Assembly: GCA_024399655.1 (NCBI GenBank)
Contig: JAKSNP010000006.1
Span: 6,181 to 70,180, forward strand
Length of the DNA stretch: 64,000 nucleotides
From: Paludibacteraceae bacterium
Lineage (GTDB): Bacteria > Bacteroidota > Bacteroidia > Bacteroidales > Paludibacteraceae
Reading direction: 5' to 3'
The notes under the pieces are model-generated. The model saw nothing but the letters and a program-made list of their open reading frames with translations. It did not search any database and was not told where the DNA came from. How positions within the stretch are numbered: position 1 is the first letter of the stretch; each line of letters opens with the position of its first letter. The position numbers were made by a program, and so were the translations under genes. Below are positions 44,702 through 54,126 of the stretch, one piece after another.

Positions 44702-46225
44702 TTATACTTCGGGTTTCATTGTTGGGAAGAGCAGAACTTCTTGAATAGTGGGTTGCCCGGTCATCAAAATGGCTAAACGATCAATTCCGATGCCGATACC
44801 GCTGGTAGGAGGCATACCATATTCCAAAGCCCGTACGAAGTCGTGGTCGATCACCATCGCTTCATCATCACCTTTCTTTCCCAAATTCATCTGGTCAACA
44901 AAACGATTGTATTGATCAATCGGATCGTTCAGCTCGGAATATGCGTTGGCCAATTCTTTTCCGTTGACCATCAATTCGAAACGTTCCGTCAAACCAGGTT
45001 TGCTACGATGCATTTTTGTAAGCGGTGACATTTCAACGGGATAGTCGGTAATGAATGTGGGTTGGATAAATGTACCTTCGCATGTTTCACCAAATATTTC
45101 GTCAATCAGTTTGCCTTTACCCATTTTGTCGGTTCCTTCCACCCCGAATTGCTTTGCAATGGGACGAATCTCGTCTTCTGTCATTGATGAAAGGTCGTAA
45201 CCGGTCTTTTCTTTAATAGCATCCAAAATAGGCAGACGTCGGTAGGGGGCTTTGAAATCCACTTCGTGGTCACCGATTTGCACTTTGGTAGTGCCATTAA
45301 CAGCAATAGCAATGCGTTCAAGCAGGTTTTCGGTGAATGTCATCATCCAGTTGTAATCCTTGTAACTGACATAAAGTTCCATACAAGTGAATTCCGGATT
45401 GTGACTGCGATCCATACCTTCGTTACGGAAGTTACGTCCGATTTCATAAACACCTTCAAATCCACCGACGATGAGACGCTTGAGATAAAGTTCGGTGGCG
45501 ATACGCAGATACATATCAACATCCAAAGTATTATGATGAGTAATAAATGGACGAGCACTTGCGCCGCCTGCGATTTGCTGCAGCATGGGGGTTTCCACTT
45601 CCGTATAGCCGGCCTCATCAAAAACTTGACGCATGGTGCGCAAAATGGTGGCTCGTTTGAGGAATGTGGACTTGACTCCGTCATTCACCACCAAGTCAAC
45701 ATAACGTTGGCGATAACGTTGTTCGGGATCATTGAACCCGTCGTATGCTACGCCGTCTTTATATTTGACGATAGGAAGTGGACGAAGTGATTTGCTCAAT
45801 ACAGTCAACTGTTTGGCATGAACACTTATTTCTCCCATTTGAGTGCGGAAAATAAAGCCTTCAATACCGATAAAGTCACCAATATCAAGCAGTTTTTTGA
45901 ATACAACGTTATACATCTGTTGCTCTACGGTAACCGGAGTTTCACCTTCGGCAACCGGAGCTTGTATATCATCGCGGCTTACATAAACTTGGATACGACC
46001 TTTGGAGTCTTGCAACTCAATGAAAGAAGCCTTACCCATAATTCGTTTTGACATCAGACGACCGGCAATGCGGACACTTTGTCCGTCCAATTGGTCGAAA
46101 TTGGCTTTGATATCCGTGGAATATCCGGTTACATTATATTCGGCAGCAGGATAGGGATTGAGTCCCATATCACGCATCGTTTGCAAACTTTGTCTGCGTA
46201 CTTGTTCTTGTTCGCTTAGTTCCAT
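44702..46225 (-). CDS. lysS: Lysine--tRNA ligase (class II)
   Basis: OB-fold N-terminal domain, FRNEGMDRSHNPEFT (motif 2) and GIGIGIDRL (motif 3). Confidence 0.95.
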   Translation of the reverse strand: MELSEQEQVRRQSLQTMRDMGLNPYPAAEYNVTGYSTDIKANFDQLDGQSVRIAGRLMSKRIMGKASFIELQDSKGRIQVYVSRDDIQAPVAEGETPVTVEQQMYNVVFKKLLDIGDFIGIEGFIFRTQMGEISVHAKQLTVLSKSLRPLPIVKYKDGVAYDGFNDPEQRYRQRYVDLVVNDGVKSTFLKRATILRTMRQVFDEAGYTEVETPMLQQIAGGASARPFITHHNTLDVDMYLRIATELYLKRLIVGGFEGVYEIGRNFRNEGMDRSHNPEFTCMELYVSYKDYNWMMTFTENLLERIAIAVNGTTKVQIGDHEVDFKAPYRRLPILDAIKEKTGYDLSSMTEDEIRPIAKQFGVEGTDKMGKGKLIDEIFGETCEGTFIQPTFITDYPVEMSPLTKMHRSKPGLTERFELMVNGKELANAYSELNDPIDQYNRFVDQMNLGKKGDDEAMVIDHDFVRALEYGMPPTSGIGIGIDRLAILMTGQPTIQEVLLFPTMKPEV

Positions 46226-46232
46226 ATTCTAT

Positions 46233-47093
46233 TTATCTGTTTCTTAAAAAACAATCTCTTGTATTTTCCATCAAGGAGCAAATGGTAAGAGGACCGACTC
46301 CTCCCGGAACGGGTGTTATCATTGTGCATCGATCAGCCACATTGGCAAAATCCACATCTCCGCACATTTTTCCGGTTTCGGGATCGGAATTGATGCCGAC
46401 ATCTACGATTACGGCATCGTCTCCAACCATGTCGGATGTGATAAATTTAGCTTTGCCGATAGCAGCCACGATAATGTCAGCGTTGCGAAGCAGAGCCGGG
46501 AGATTTTTGGTATGACTATGTGCTACGGTAACGGTCGCATTTTCGTTCATCAACAATTTGCTGACGGGAAGTCCTACGATATTGCTTCGTCCGACTACCA
46601 CGGCATTTTTGCCGTCCAAATCAATGCCTGCCGCTTTCAAGATGCGCATAGCGCTTCTGGGCGTACAAGGAACGCAAAAACGAGAATAGTCGCTCCGTTT
46701 CTGTTTCCATAGATTGGCAACGTTGGTATTAGTGACACCGTCCACATCTTTCGCGGGATTGAGTGCGGCAATAATATGTTCGGTATTCACTTGTTTGGGT
46801 AAAGGCATCTGAATAAGGATACCATCCACCGTATTATCATTGTTGAGAATCTCCAGTTGTTCGAGCACCTGTTGTTCGGTGCTATCTTGTGACATTCGTA
46901 TGACGCGGCAATCGAGTCCGGCCAAAGCAGCATCCTTTTCGCACGAAGCCACATAGCGCTGACTGCCATAATCATCGCCTACCAACAAAACGCTCAAGCA
47001 AGGAACACGTCCGTATTTTTCGGGATAAGTAGCTGTTTCCTGCAAAAGGGAGGCTTTGATTTCTTCTGCTAATTTTTTACCATCAAAAACCAT
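46233..47093 (-). CDS. folD: Bifunctional methylene-THF dehydrogenase / methenyl-THF cyclohydrolase
   Basis: GILIQMPLP, VVVGRSNIVGLP, PVPGGVGP. Confidence 0.93.
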   Translation of the reverse strand: MVFDGKKLAEEIKASLLQETATYPEKYGRVPCLSVLLVGDDYGSQRYVASCEKDAALAGLDCRVIRMSQDSTEQQVLEQLEILNNDNTVDGILIQMPLPKQVNTEHIIAALNPAKDVDGVTNTNVANLWKQKRSDYSRFCVPCTPRSAMRILKAAGIDLDGKNAVVVGRSNIVGLPVSKLLMNENATVTVAHSHTKNLPALLRNADIIVAAIGKAKFITSDMVGDDAVIVDVGINSDPETGKMCGDVDFANVADRCTMITPVPGGVGPLTICSLMENTRDCFLRNR

Positions 47094-47113
47094 AGTTGAT
47101 GAGATTGAAAGTG

Positions 47114-48364
47114 TTATTGAATGATGCTACCGTTCAGAATCAACTGATGAATCCAGGGAGTCTGATAATGATAGGGTATCATATTAAGTGAGTGGTAGGG
47201 ACGAGTAATAATCAAATTGGCGCGTTTACCGACGGTGATTGAACCAACCTGATCGCTTATTCCCATTGCATAAGCGCTATTAAGCGTAGTGGCGTTGAGT
47301 GCTTGAACGGGCGTAAGTCGCATACGGATACAACCCATAGCCAAGACGAAACGCATATCACCGCTCGGACTTGATCCCGGATTGTAATCGCTGGCCAAAG
47401 CCACTCCCAAGCCTGCCTGAATGAATTCTTTGGCACGTCCAAAAGGCAAACCGAGGAAGAATGAAGAACCAGGAAGCATCGTGGGCATAGTAACGCTATT
47501 CCTCAGTGCTTCGATTTCAGCGTCAGTAGTCTTTTCCAGATGGTCAACACTCAAGGCATTGTGTTTAACACCAATCTGAACGCCTCCGCTTACAGCCAAT
47601 TCATTGGCATGAATCTTTGGACGGAGACCGAAGTTTTTTCCAGCCGAAAGAATACGATCCGTATCTTCGACCGTGAAGAAACCTTCGTCGCAGAATACAT
47701 CAACAAAGTCGGCCAAACCTTCGCGGGCAACGGCAGGAATCATTTCCTCGCATACAACGCGTACATATTCTTCATGGGTATATTTACGGCCAATGGCGTG
47801 AGCTCCCAAAAAGGTGCGCATAATCAATGCAGGACAATTCTGCTTGATGCGTTTGATGACGCGAAGCATTTTCATTTCGTCCTCGGGATTAAGGCCGTAA
47901 CCGCTTTTGATTTCAATAGCACCAGTTCCTTTGGCAATCATTTCATTGACACGAATCATAGATTGACGATAAAGTTCGTCTTCAGAGCATTCGTGCAAAC
48001 GGTCGGAAGAATTCAGTATTCCGCCTCCTCGTGCTGCTATTTCTTCGTAACTGAGACCATTGATCTTGTCAAGAAATTCACCATCGCGAGTGCCTGCATA
48101 TACAATATGTGTGTGCGAGTCGCAGAAAGAAGGAAGCAGCATTCCGCCTTCGGCATCGATGTATTGATCCGCTTGCGGCATCTCGGCCATAGGGCCGAAT
48201 GCAGCAATCCGATCGCCATCGATAAGCAGATAGGCGTTGGTGAGCGTACCGGTTTCGTTCATCTCAGGGCCTTGTTTGCGCAATATACCCTGAGGAACGA
48301 TACCGATTATTTCACTAATATTTTTAATACAGGTATTCACGGCGTATAAACTCTTTGGAAGCAA
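47114..48364 (-). CDS. hutI: Imidazolonepropionase
   Basis: FCDSHTHIVYAG, and an amidohydrolase layout with KIHANELA and the C-terminal ASDYNPGSSP. The ATG at 48364 overlaps the hutH end by 41 nt. The alternative GTG at 48340 would overlap by 17 nt. Confidence 0.9.
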   Translation of the reverse strand: MLPKSLYAVNTCIKNISEIIGIVPQGILRKQGPEMNETGTLTNAYLLIDGDRIAAFGPMAEMPQADQYIDAEGGMLLPSFCDSHTHIVYAGTRDGEFLDKINGLSYEEIAARGGGILNSSDRLHECSEDELYRQSMIRVNEMIAKGTGAIEIKSGYGLNPEDEMKMLRVIKRIKQNCPALIMRTFLGAHAIGRKYTHEEYVRVVCEEMIPAVAREGLADFVDVFCDEGFFTVEDTDRILSAGKNFGLRPKIHANELAVSGGVQIGVKHNALSVDHLEKTTDAEIEALRNSVTMPTMLPGSSFFLGLPFGRAKEFIQAGLGVALASDYNPGSSPSGDMRFVLAMGCIRMRLTPVQALNATTLNSAYAMGISDQVGSITVGKRANLIITRPYHSLNMIPYHYQTPWIHQLILNGSIIQ

Positions 48365-49811
48365 CCATCAGGGGATGCATATAACGGTCGACGTCAATGA
48401 AAGGAACGATTTTGCGGTATTCTGCCATGATTTTCTCCAGTTTCGGACTGGATTTTGCAGGACGGCGGAACTCAAGCGCTTGTGCAGCATTGAAAAGTTC
48501 GATACCCAAAACCGATTCGGTGTTTTCCACCAAGCGAACCAATTTGGTTGCGGCATTAGCACCCATAGATACATGGTCTTCCTGACCTTGTGAGGAAGGA
48601 AGCGAATCGCAAGAAGCGGGCCAGCAGAGACCTTTGCTTTGGCTAACGATGCTGGCAGCCGTATATTGAGGAATCATGAATCCGCTGTTCAAACCGGGTT
48701 TAGCAACCAAGAATGAAGGCAGGTCGCGTTGGCCGGAGATGAGTTTATAGATACGGCGTTCGGAGATGCTACCCAATTCGTTCATGGCGATGCCGAGCAT
48801 GTCCATCGGAATGGCAATCGGTTCACCGTGGAAGTTACCTGCAGATATAATCATATCTTCATCAGGGAATACGTTGGGGTTGTCGGTAGCAGAATTGATT
48901 TCGTTTTCAATAACGCTCTTAACATATTTGATTGTATCTTTTACGGCACCGTGTACCTGAGGAATGCAACGGAAAGAGTAGGGGTCCTGAACATGCACTT
49001 TAGGACGAACGATCAGTTCGCTACCTTCAAGCAGTTCACTAAAGCGGTTGGCGGTCACCATTTGTCCGGGTTGACGGCGCAAGTTGTGGCTATGAGGATA
49101 GAAGGGCTCGATACGGCCGTCGAAAGCTTCGAGAGAGATGGCACCAATCATATCGGCCCATTGGCTCAAGCGCTCAGCTTGGATTACCGACCAAACAGCG
49201 TTGGCGCTCATGAATTGCGTTCCGTTGAGCAAGGCAAGGCCTTCTTTGGATTGCAGACGTATAGGCTCCCAACCCAGTTCTTTCCATACATCGGCGCTGC
49301 AGCGACGCTGACCTTTGTAAATCACTTCGCCCAGACCGATAATCGGCAGGCACATGTGAGCCAAAGGAGCGAGGTCGCCGGATGCGCCGAGCGAACCTTG
49401 CTGATAAACAACGGGCAGAATATCGTTGTTGAACATATCCACCAAGCGTTGAACGGTGACGAGTTGTGAACCTGAATGTCCGTAACTCAGGCTTTGAGCC
49501 TTGAGCAAGAGCATAATCTTAACGATTTCGGGTTTAACCTCTTCACCCATGCCGCAAGCGTGTGACATTACCAAATTATGTTGCAGTTGGCTGAGATCTG
49601 CTGCCGGAATTGTAATATTGCAAAGCGAGCCGAAACCGGTAGTAACACCATATACGGGACGGCCGATATCTTCCATTTTGCTATCCAAGAATTTACGGCA
49701 TTTCTCAATAGCGGCAATAGCGTCTTTACCCAGTTTCAGTTTTTCGTGGTTATCAATAATTTCTTTTACTCTGTCGATAGTCAGAGTCTTTTTGTTGGAA
49801 ATAGTATGCAT
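48324..49811 (-). CDS. hutH: Histidine ammonia-lyase
   Basis: GSLGASGDLAPLAH, with the MIO-forming Ala-Ser-Gly. Confidence 0.95.
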   Translation of the reverse strand: MHTISNKKTLTIDRVKEIIDNHEKLKLGKDAIAAIEKCRKFLDSKMEDIGRPVYGVTTGFGSLCNITIPAADLSQLQHNLVMSHACGMGEEVKPEIVKIMLLLKAQSLSYGHSGSQLVTVQRLVDMFNNDILPVVYQQGSLGASGDLAPLAHMCLPIIGLGEVIYKGQRRCSADVWKELGWEPIRLQSKEGLALLNGTQFMSANAVWSVIQAERLSQWADMIGAISLEAFDGRIEPFYPHSHNLRRQPGQMVTANRFSELLEGSELIVRPKVHVQDPYSFRCIPQVHGAVKDTIKYVKSVIENEINSATDNPNVFPDEDMIISAGNFHGEPIAIPMDMLGIAMNELGSISERRIYKLISGQRDLPSFLVAKPGLNSGFMIPQYTAASIVSQSKGLCWPASCDSLPSSQGQEDHVSMGANAATKLVRLVENTESVLGIELFNAAQALEFRRPAKSSPKLEKIMAEYRKIVPFIDVDRYMHPLMVASKEFIRREYLY

Positions 49812-49825
49812 AGTAACAAAATTTA

Positions 49826-51847
49826 TTATTTAAGAATATTCTTAATCATCTCTTCGTCGGCTACATTAGGCATTGTAACTTTAAGACCGGGTGTGCGTTG
49901 CATTTCGCGCAAGATGGCGTGATTAGCACCTTCGTTGCGTGCCCAACTACGTCGAGCGATACCGTTGTTGACATCCCAGAAGAGCATGTTCTGAATGTGG
50001 CGAGCGGAATCTTCGCTACCGTCGATTACCATACCGAAGCCGCCGTTGATTACTTCTCCCCATCCGACACCGCCACCGTTGTGGATTGAAACCCAGGTAG
50101 CTCCGCGGAAGCCGTCACCGATTACATTTTGAATTGCCATATCGGCCGTGAACTGGCTGCCGTCGTAGATGTTGCTGGTCTCACGGAAAGGAGAGTCGGT
50201 TCCGGATACGTCGTGGTGGTCACGTCCGAGTACGATAGGAGCCTTGATTTCGCCCTTGCGGATGGCTTCGTTGAAAGCGAGAGCGATTTTGGTACGTCCT
50301 TCGCAATCAGCATAGAGGATACGTGCTTGTGAACCCACAACCAGATGATTTCGTCCGGCTTCTTCAATCCAATGTATATTATCGTTCATCTGCCCTTGAA
50401 TCTCTTCAGGTGCGTCTTTTACGATTTCGCTCAAAACTTTAACGGCCAGGTCATCCGATTTCTGCAAATCGGCAGGATCTTCCGACATACAAACCCAGCG
50501 GAAAGGACCGAATCCGTAGTCGAAGAACATGGGCCCCATGATATCTTGCACATAAGAAGGATAGCGGAAGGTGCCGTCCTCTTTCATTACATCGGCACCG
50601 GCGCGGCTGCTCTCGAGCAGGAAAGCGTTTCCGTAGTCGAAGAAATACATGCCGTTAGCGCTGAGGCGATTGATAGCAGCTACGTGTCGGCGCAAAGAAG
50701 CCTGAACGGCTTCGTGGAACTTGGCGGGTTCCTCTGCCATCATTTTCTTGCTCTCTTCCAAACTATAGCCGACGGGGTAGTAACCACCAGCCCAAGGATT
50801 GTGGAGCGATGTTTGGTCGGAACCGAGATCCACGGGATAGTTCTCGTCAGCGAGACGCTCCCAAAGATCGACGATATTTCCGACATAGGCCAGACTGACC
50901 ACTTCTTTGGCAGCCTGTGCTTTGCGTATACGTGCAATCAGTTCGTCGAGATCGTAGTGGAGTTCGTCCACCCAACCTTGTTCGTGACGTTTTTCGGCAG
51001 CGAGGGGGTTGATTTCAGCCGTAACGCTGACAACTCCTGCAATATTACCAGCCTTAGGTTGTGCCCCAGACATGCCACCCAAGCCAGCGGTAACGAAGAG
51101 CATACCTTTGCGTTCTTCGAGACTTCCGGACAATCCGCGTTTGCGTAACTGTTTGCGAGCAGCATTCATAACGGTGATTGTGGTGCCGTGAACGATACCT
51201 TGGGGACCGATATACATATAACTACCGGCAGTCATCTGTCCGTATTGCGAAACGCCGAGAGCGTTGAAACGCTCCCAATGATCCTGGCTGGAGTAGTTAG
51301 GGATAACCATACCGTTGGTGACCACCACGCGAGGAGCATCTTTGTGGCTGGGGAATACACCCATCGGGAATCCGGAATACATGGCCAGCGTCTGTTCATC
51401 GGTCATGTTGGCCAGATACTGCATGGTAAGGCGATATTGAGCCCAGTTTTGGAAGATGGCACCGTTGCCTCCGTAGATGATCAACTCGTGCGGGTGTTGT
51501 GCAACGCGCGGGTCAAGATTGTTCTGAATCATAGCCATGATAGCAGCGGCTTGGCGCGATTTGGCAGGATATTCGTCGATAGGACGTGCATACATGTCGT
51601 AACTCGGACGGAAACGATACATATAGATGCGTCCGTACAGACGCAATTCCTCGGCAAATTCCTTGGCCAAGACTTCGTGGTGCTTCTTGGGGAAGTAACG
51701 AAGAGCGTTCTTGATAGCGAGCACTTTCTCATTCTCGGTAAGGATGTCCTTACGTTTGGGAGCGTGGTTGATAACCGTGTCGTACGCTTTTACCTCAGGC
51801 AACTCATCCGGAATACCTGCGAGTATTTCTTCTTGAAATTTATTCAT
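49826..51847 (-). CDS. hutU: Urocanate hydratase
   Basis: 673 aa. GLGGMSGAQP and overall urocanase colinearity. Confidence 0.95.
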   Translation of the reverse strand: MNKFQEEILAGIPDELPEVKAYDTVINHAPKRKDILTENEKVLAIKNALRYFPKKHHEVLAKEFAEELRLYGRIYMYRFRPSYDMYARPIDEYPAKSRQAAAIMAMIQNNLDPRVAQHPHELIIYGGNGAIFQNWAQYRLTMQYLANMTDEQTLAMYSGFPMGVFPSHKDAPRVVVTNGMVIPNYSSQDHWERFNALGVSQYGQMTAGSYMYIGPQGIVHGTTITVMNAARKQLRKRGLSGSLEERKGMLFVTAGLGGMSGAQPKAGNIAGVVSVTAEINPLAAEKRHEQGWVDELHYDLDELIARIRKAQAAKEVVSLAYVGNIVDLWERLADENYPVDLGSDQTSLHNPWAGGYYPVGYSLEESKKMMAEEPAKFHEAVQASLRRHVAAINRLSANGMYFFDYGNAFLLESSRAGADVMKEDGTFRYPSYVQDIMGPMFFDYGFGPFRWVCMSEDPADLQKSDDLAVKVLSEIVKDAPEEIQGQMNDNIHWIEEAGRNHLVVGSQARILYADCEGRTKIALAFNEAIRKGEIKAPIVLGRDHHDVSGTDSPFRETSNIYDGSQFTADMAIQNVIGDGFRGATWVSIHNGGGVGWGEVINGGFGMVIDGSEDSARHIQNMLFWDVNNGIARRSWARNEGANHAILREMQRTPGLKVTMPNVADEEMIKNILK

Positions 51848-51890
51848 AACGATAAATGATTAGGCGTTAGTTGAACAAGTAGACATTGAT

Positions 51891-51965
51891 TATTTGTCGA
51901 TATTGGCATAGACTATATTTGTCGATATTGACATAGACTTTATTTGTCGATATTGGCATTGACGA
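51891..51965. repeat. Three tandem 25-bp copies (TATTTGTCGATATTGGCATAGAC..); the third is the 3' end of ftcD
   Basis: Copies start at 51891, 51916 and 51941, with 1-3 mismatches. A partial, more degenerate copy lies just upstream (about 51878-51890). Confidence 0.9.
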
Positions 51966-53661
51966 GCGCGAGTATAGCGTTCTCTTCCAATTCAGCTTGA
52001 CGAACGAGTTCAGCAGCTTCGCTGATGAGCGCGTCAGCCACTTCTCTGTTTTTGAGTCCGGCAGCATTGATACGAACGTTCATATCAGCACCGCGGACAG
52101 CAGCACGAGCAGCCAAAGCTCCCACACCGGCGTCGGATGCGCTGGCGGGATTACCTTTTTCAGCCATGGCTTTGAGCACGGGCATAGCGCGCATAGCGGT
52201 TTTCATGGTACGGAGAGGTACCTGTGTAGCGTAGAGTGTGGCGGCTTCCATAGCTTCGGCACGAGCGGCTTTTTCTTCGGGAGTGCCTTTAGGCATAGCG
52301 AATACGGCCATGATTTTGTTGAAGGAAGCGGTGTCTTCGTCCACGAGGGCGAGGAGTTCGTTCATAACCACCTGTCCTTCTTCAGCGACTTTGGAGAATT
52401 CCTCCCAACGGTCGTCCCAACCGCGTTTGTGTGAGCTGAGGTTGGCCACCATCGTACCGAGAGCAGCTCCGAGAGCACCCATATAAGCAGAGATAGAACC
52501 ACCACCGGGAGCGGGAGATTCGCTGGCCGTTTCGTTGGCGAAACCTACGCATGTCATACGAACGAGACGTTCTTTTTCGGCTTGCTCTTTTTCGTCAATC
52601 ATCATGTATTCGATTACTTTCTCTTTGGGGTTGAAAGGTTTGAGTTCGTCCAATCCCATCGATTTGACGGCCATGCGGATGATTTCGGCTTCGCTGATAC
52701 CGAGCGAGCGTTGCTGTTTGGCCAGATAATATTTACCCGCATCGATCAAAGCGCATTTGGGAACGAGACCGACGATTTCGGCACCGGTAACACGAATTCC
52801 ACGCGCTGCGGCTGCTCGGCAAACTTCTTCAAAAGCGACATGTAGGGGAGTGACGTTGATGTCGGTGATATTCATAGAAACCTGGGCGATACCGTATTCG
52901 TCGATATACCAACCGATGGCCTTGCATCCTTTCAGCGTACCGGGGATCCAGATTTCTTCGCCGTTTTCGTCTTTCAGCACTTTGCCGGTCAGTTTGCCGT
53001 CCTCGCGTGCTTTACGTCCCTTTTCACGAACATCGAAAGCGATAGCCATTGCTCGACGTGTGGAGGTGGTGTTGAGGTTGAAGTTGACGGCAATCAGGAA
53101 ATTGCGTGCGCCGACATTGGTTGCACCGGCGGTAGCGACACGTTCGTTGTAGACACCGGGACCGAAGTCGGGTTTGAGTTTGGGGTCAGCCACCTTGTTG
53201 GGCAGCGCTTCGTATTCACCTGCGCGGCAAACAGCGAGGTTTTGGCGTTCGGGTGTGAAAGCAGCAGCTTCGTAGCAATAGCAAGCGATGCCGAGTTCCT
53301 CGTACATGCGTTTAGCGAGAGCGCGTGCGAGTTGCGCGCATTCTTCCAAAGTAATGTCAGCTACGGGGATGAGGGGGCAGACGTCGGTAGCACCGCTACG
53401 AGGGTGAGCACCGTGGTGTTGACGCATATCGATCAACTCGGCCGCCATACGCGCACCGCGGAAAGCAGCTTCAACAACGGCTTCGGGTTCACCAACGAAG
53501 GTAACAACCGTGCGGTTGGTAGCTTCTCCGGGATCGACATCCAATACTTTAACCACTTTGCCGTCTACGTTGGTAGCGGCGATTTCAGCCACGATTTTGT
53601 TAATCACATCCATGTTGCGTCCTTCCGAGAAATTAGGAACGCATTCAATTAATTTTGCCAT
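51940..53661 (-). CDS. ftcD: Fused glutamate formimidoyltransferase + formimidoyl-THF cyclodeaminase
   Basis: The N-terminus MAKLIECVPNFSEGRN marks the transferase. The C-terminal ~210 aa carry SESPAPGGGSISAYMGALGAALGTMV, marking the cyclodeaminase. Confidence 0.9.
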   Translation of the reverse strand: MAKLIECVPNFSEGRNMDVINKIVAEIAATNVDGKVVKVLDVDPGEATNRTVVTFVGEPEAVVEAAFRGARMAAELIDMRQHHGAHPRSGATDVCPLIPVADITLEECAQLARALAKRMYEELGIACYCYEAAAFTPERQNLAVCRAGEYEALPNKVADPKLKPDFGPGVYNERVATAGATNVGARNFLIAVNFNLNTTSTRRAMAIAFDVREKGRKAREDGKLTGKVLKDENGEEIWIPGTLKGCKAIGWYIDEYGIAQVSMNITDINVTPLHVAFEEVCRAAAARGIRVTGAEIVGLVPKCALIDAGKYYLAKQQRSLGISEAEIIRMAVKSMGLDELKPFNPKEKVIEYMMIDEKEQAEKERLVRMTCVGFANETASESPAPGGGSISAYMGALGAALGTMVANLSSHKRGWDDRWEEFSKVAEEGQVVMNELLALVDEDTASFNKIMAVFAMPKGTPEEKAARAEAMEAATLYATQVPLRTMKTAMRAMPVLKAMAEKGNPASASDAGVGALAARAAVRGADMNVRINAAGLKNREVADALISEAAELVRQAELEENAILALVNANIDK

Positions 53662-53745
53662 AAAATATAAATGATTTTGATTATTAATTAGCGATTTTGA
53701 CTGCTGAAGCGTATAACGAATACACGCTTGCTATAAACAAGCGTG

Positions 53746-53777
53746 CAAAGTTACTGCTTTTTTTTGAGATATGCAAG
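53746..53777 (-). promoter_or_regulatory. Bacteroidota-type promoter heading the ftcD-hut array
   Basis: On the minus strand: CTTGCAT (-33, 53774-53777), then A8-GCAG, then TAACTTTG (53746-53753), 20-nt spacer. The leader contains the hairpin CACGCTTG-TTTATAG-CAAGCGTG. Confidence 0.6.
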
Positions 53778-54126
53778 AAAAAATCCAAAAAAATAGATTT
53801 TATCTATTTATTGTCGGAGGACAGTTGGACTGTTCAGTCGTAAATGAGCGTGTATGGGGTAGGGAAAAAACATAACGCTCTATTTGTTATCCGTGTCAAA
53901 AACTCCAGAAAGAAGTACTTTGTCGGGCAAATGACTGTGTTTCGCATCTTGAGGATGAGAGCTGAAGGTGTGTCAAAATGTAAGCAAATCTATCAAAATG
54001 CTGACAATCTGAATTCGGCCAATCGTTTTTCATCCTTCTCTAACGTATCGCTCATCCTAGCCTGACAGTTGCCTGACGTTACTTTTGACATTATGTCAGC
54101 GGAGAAGGTGAAATTGTAGCAAAAGT

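Noticed and set aside
54081-54100. TGACAT-T-ATGTCA palindrome just downstream of the MMPL gene
   Set aside because: A 6-bp stem with a 1-nt loop cannot form a terminator hairpin, and nothing else suggests an operator here. It is probably chance.
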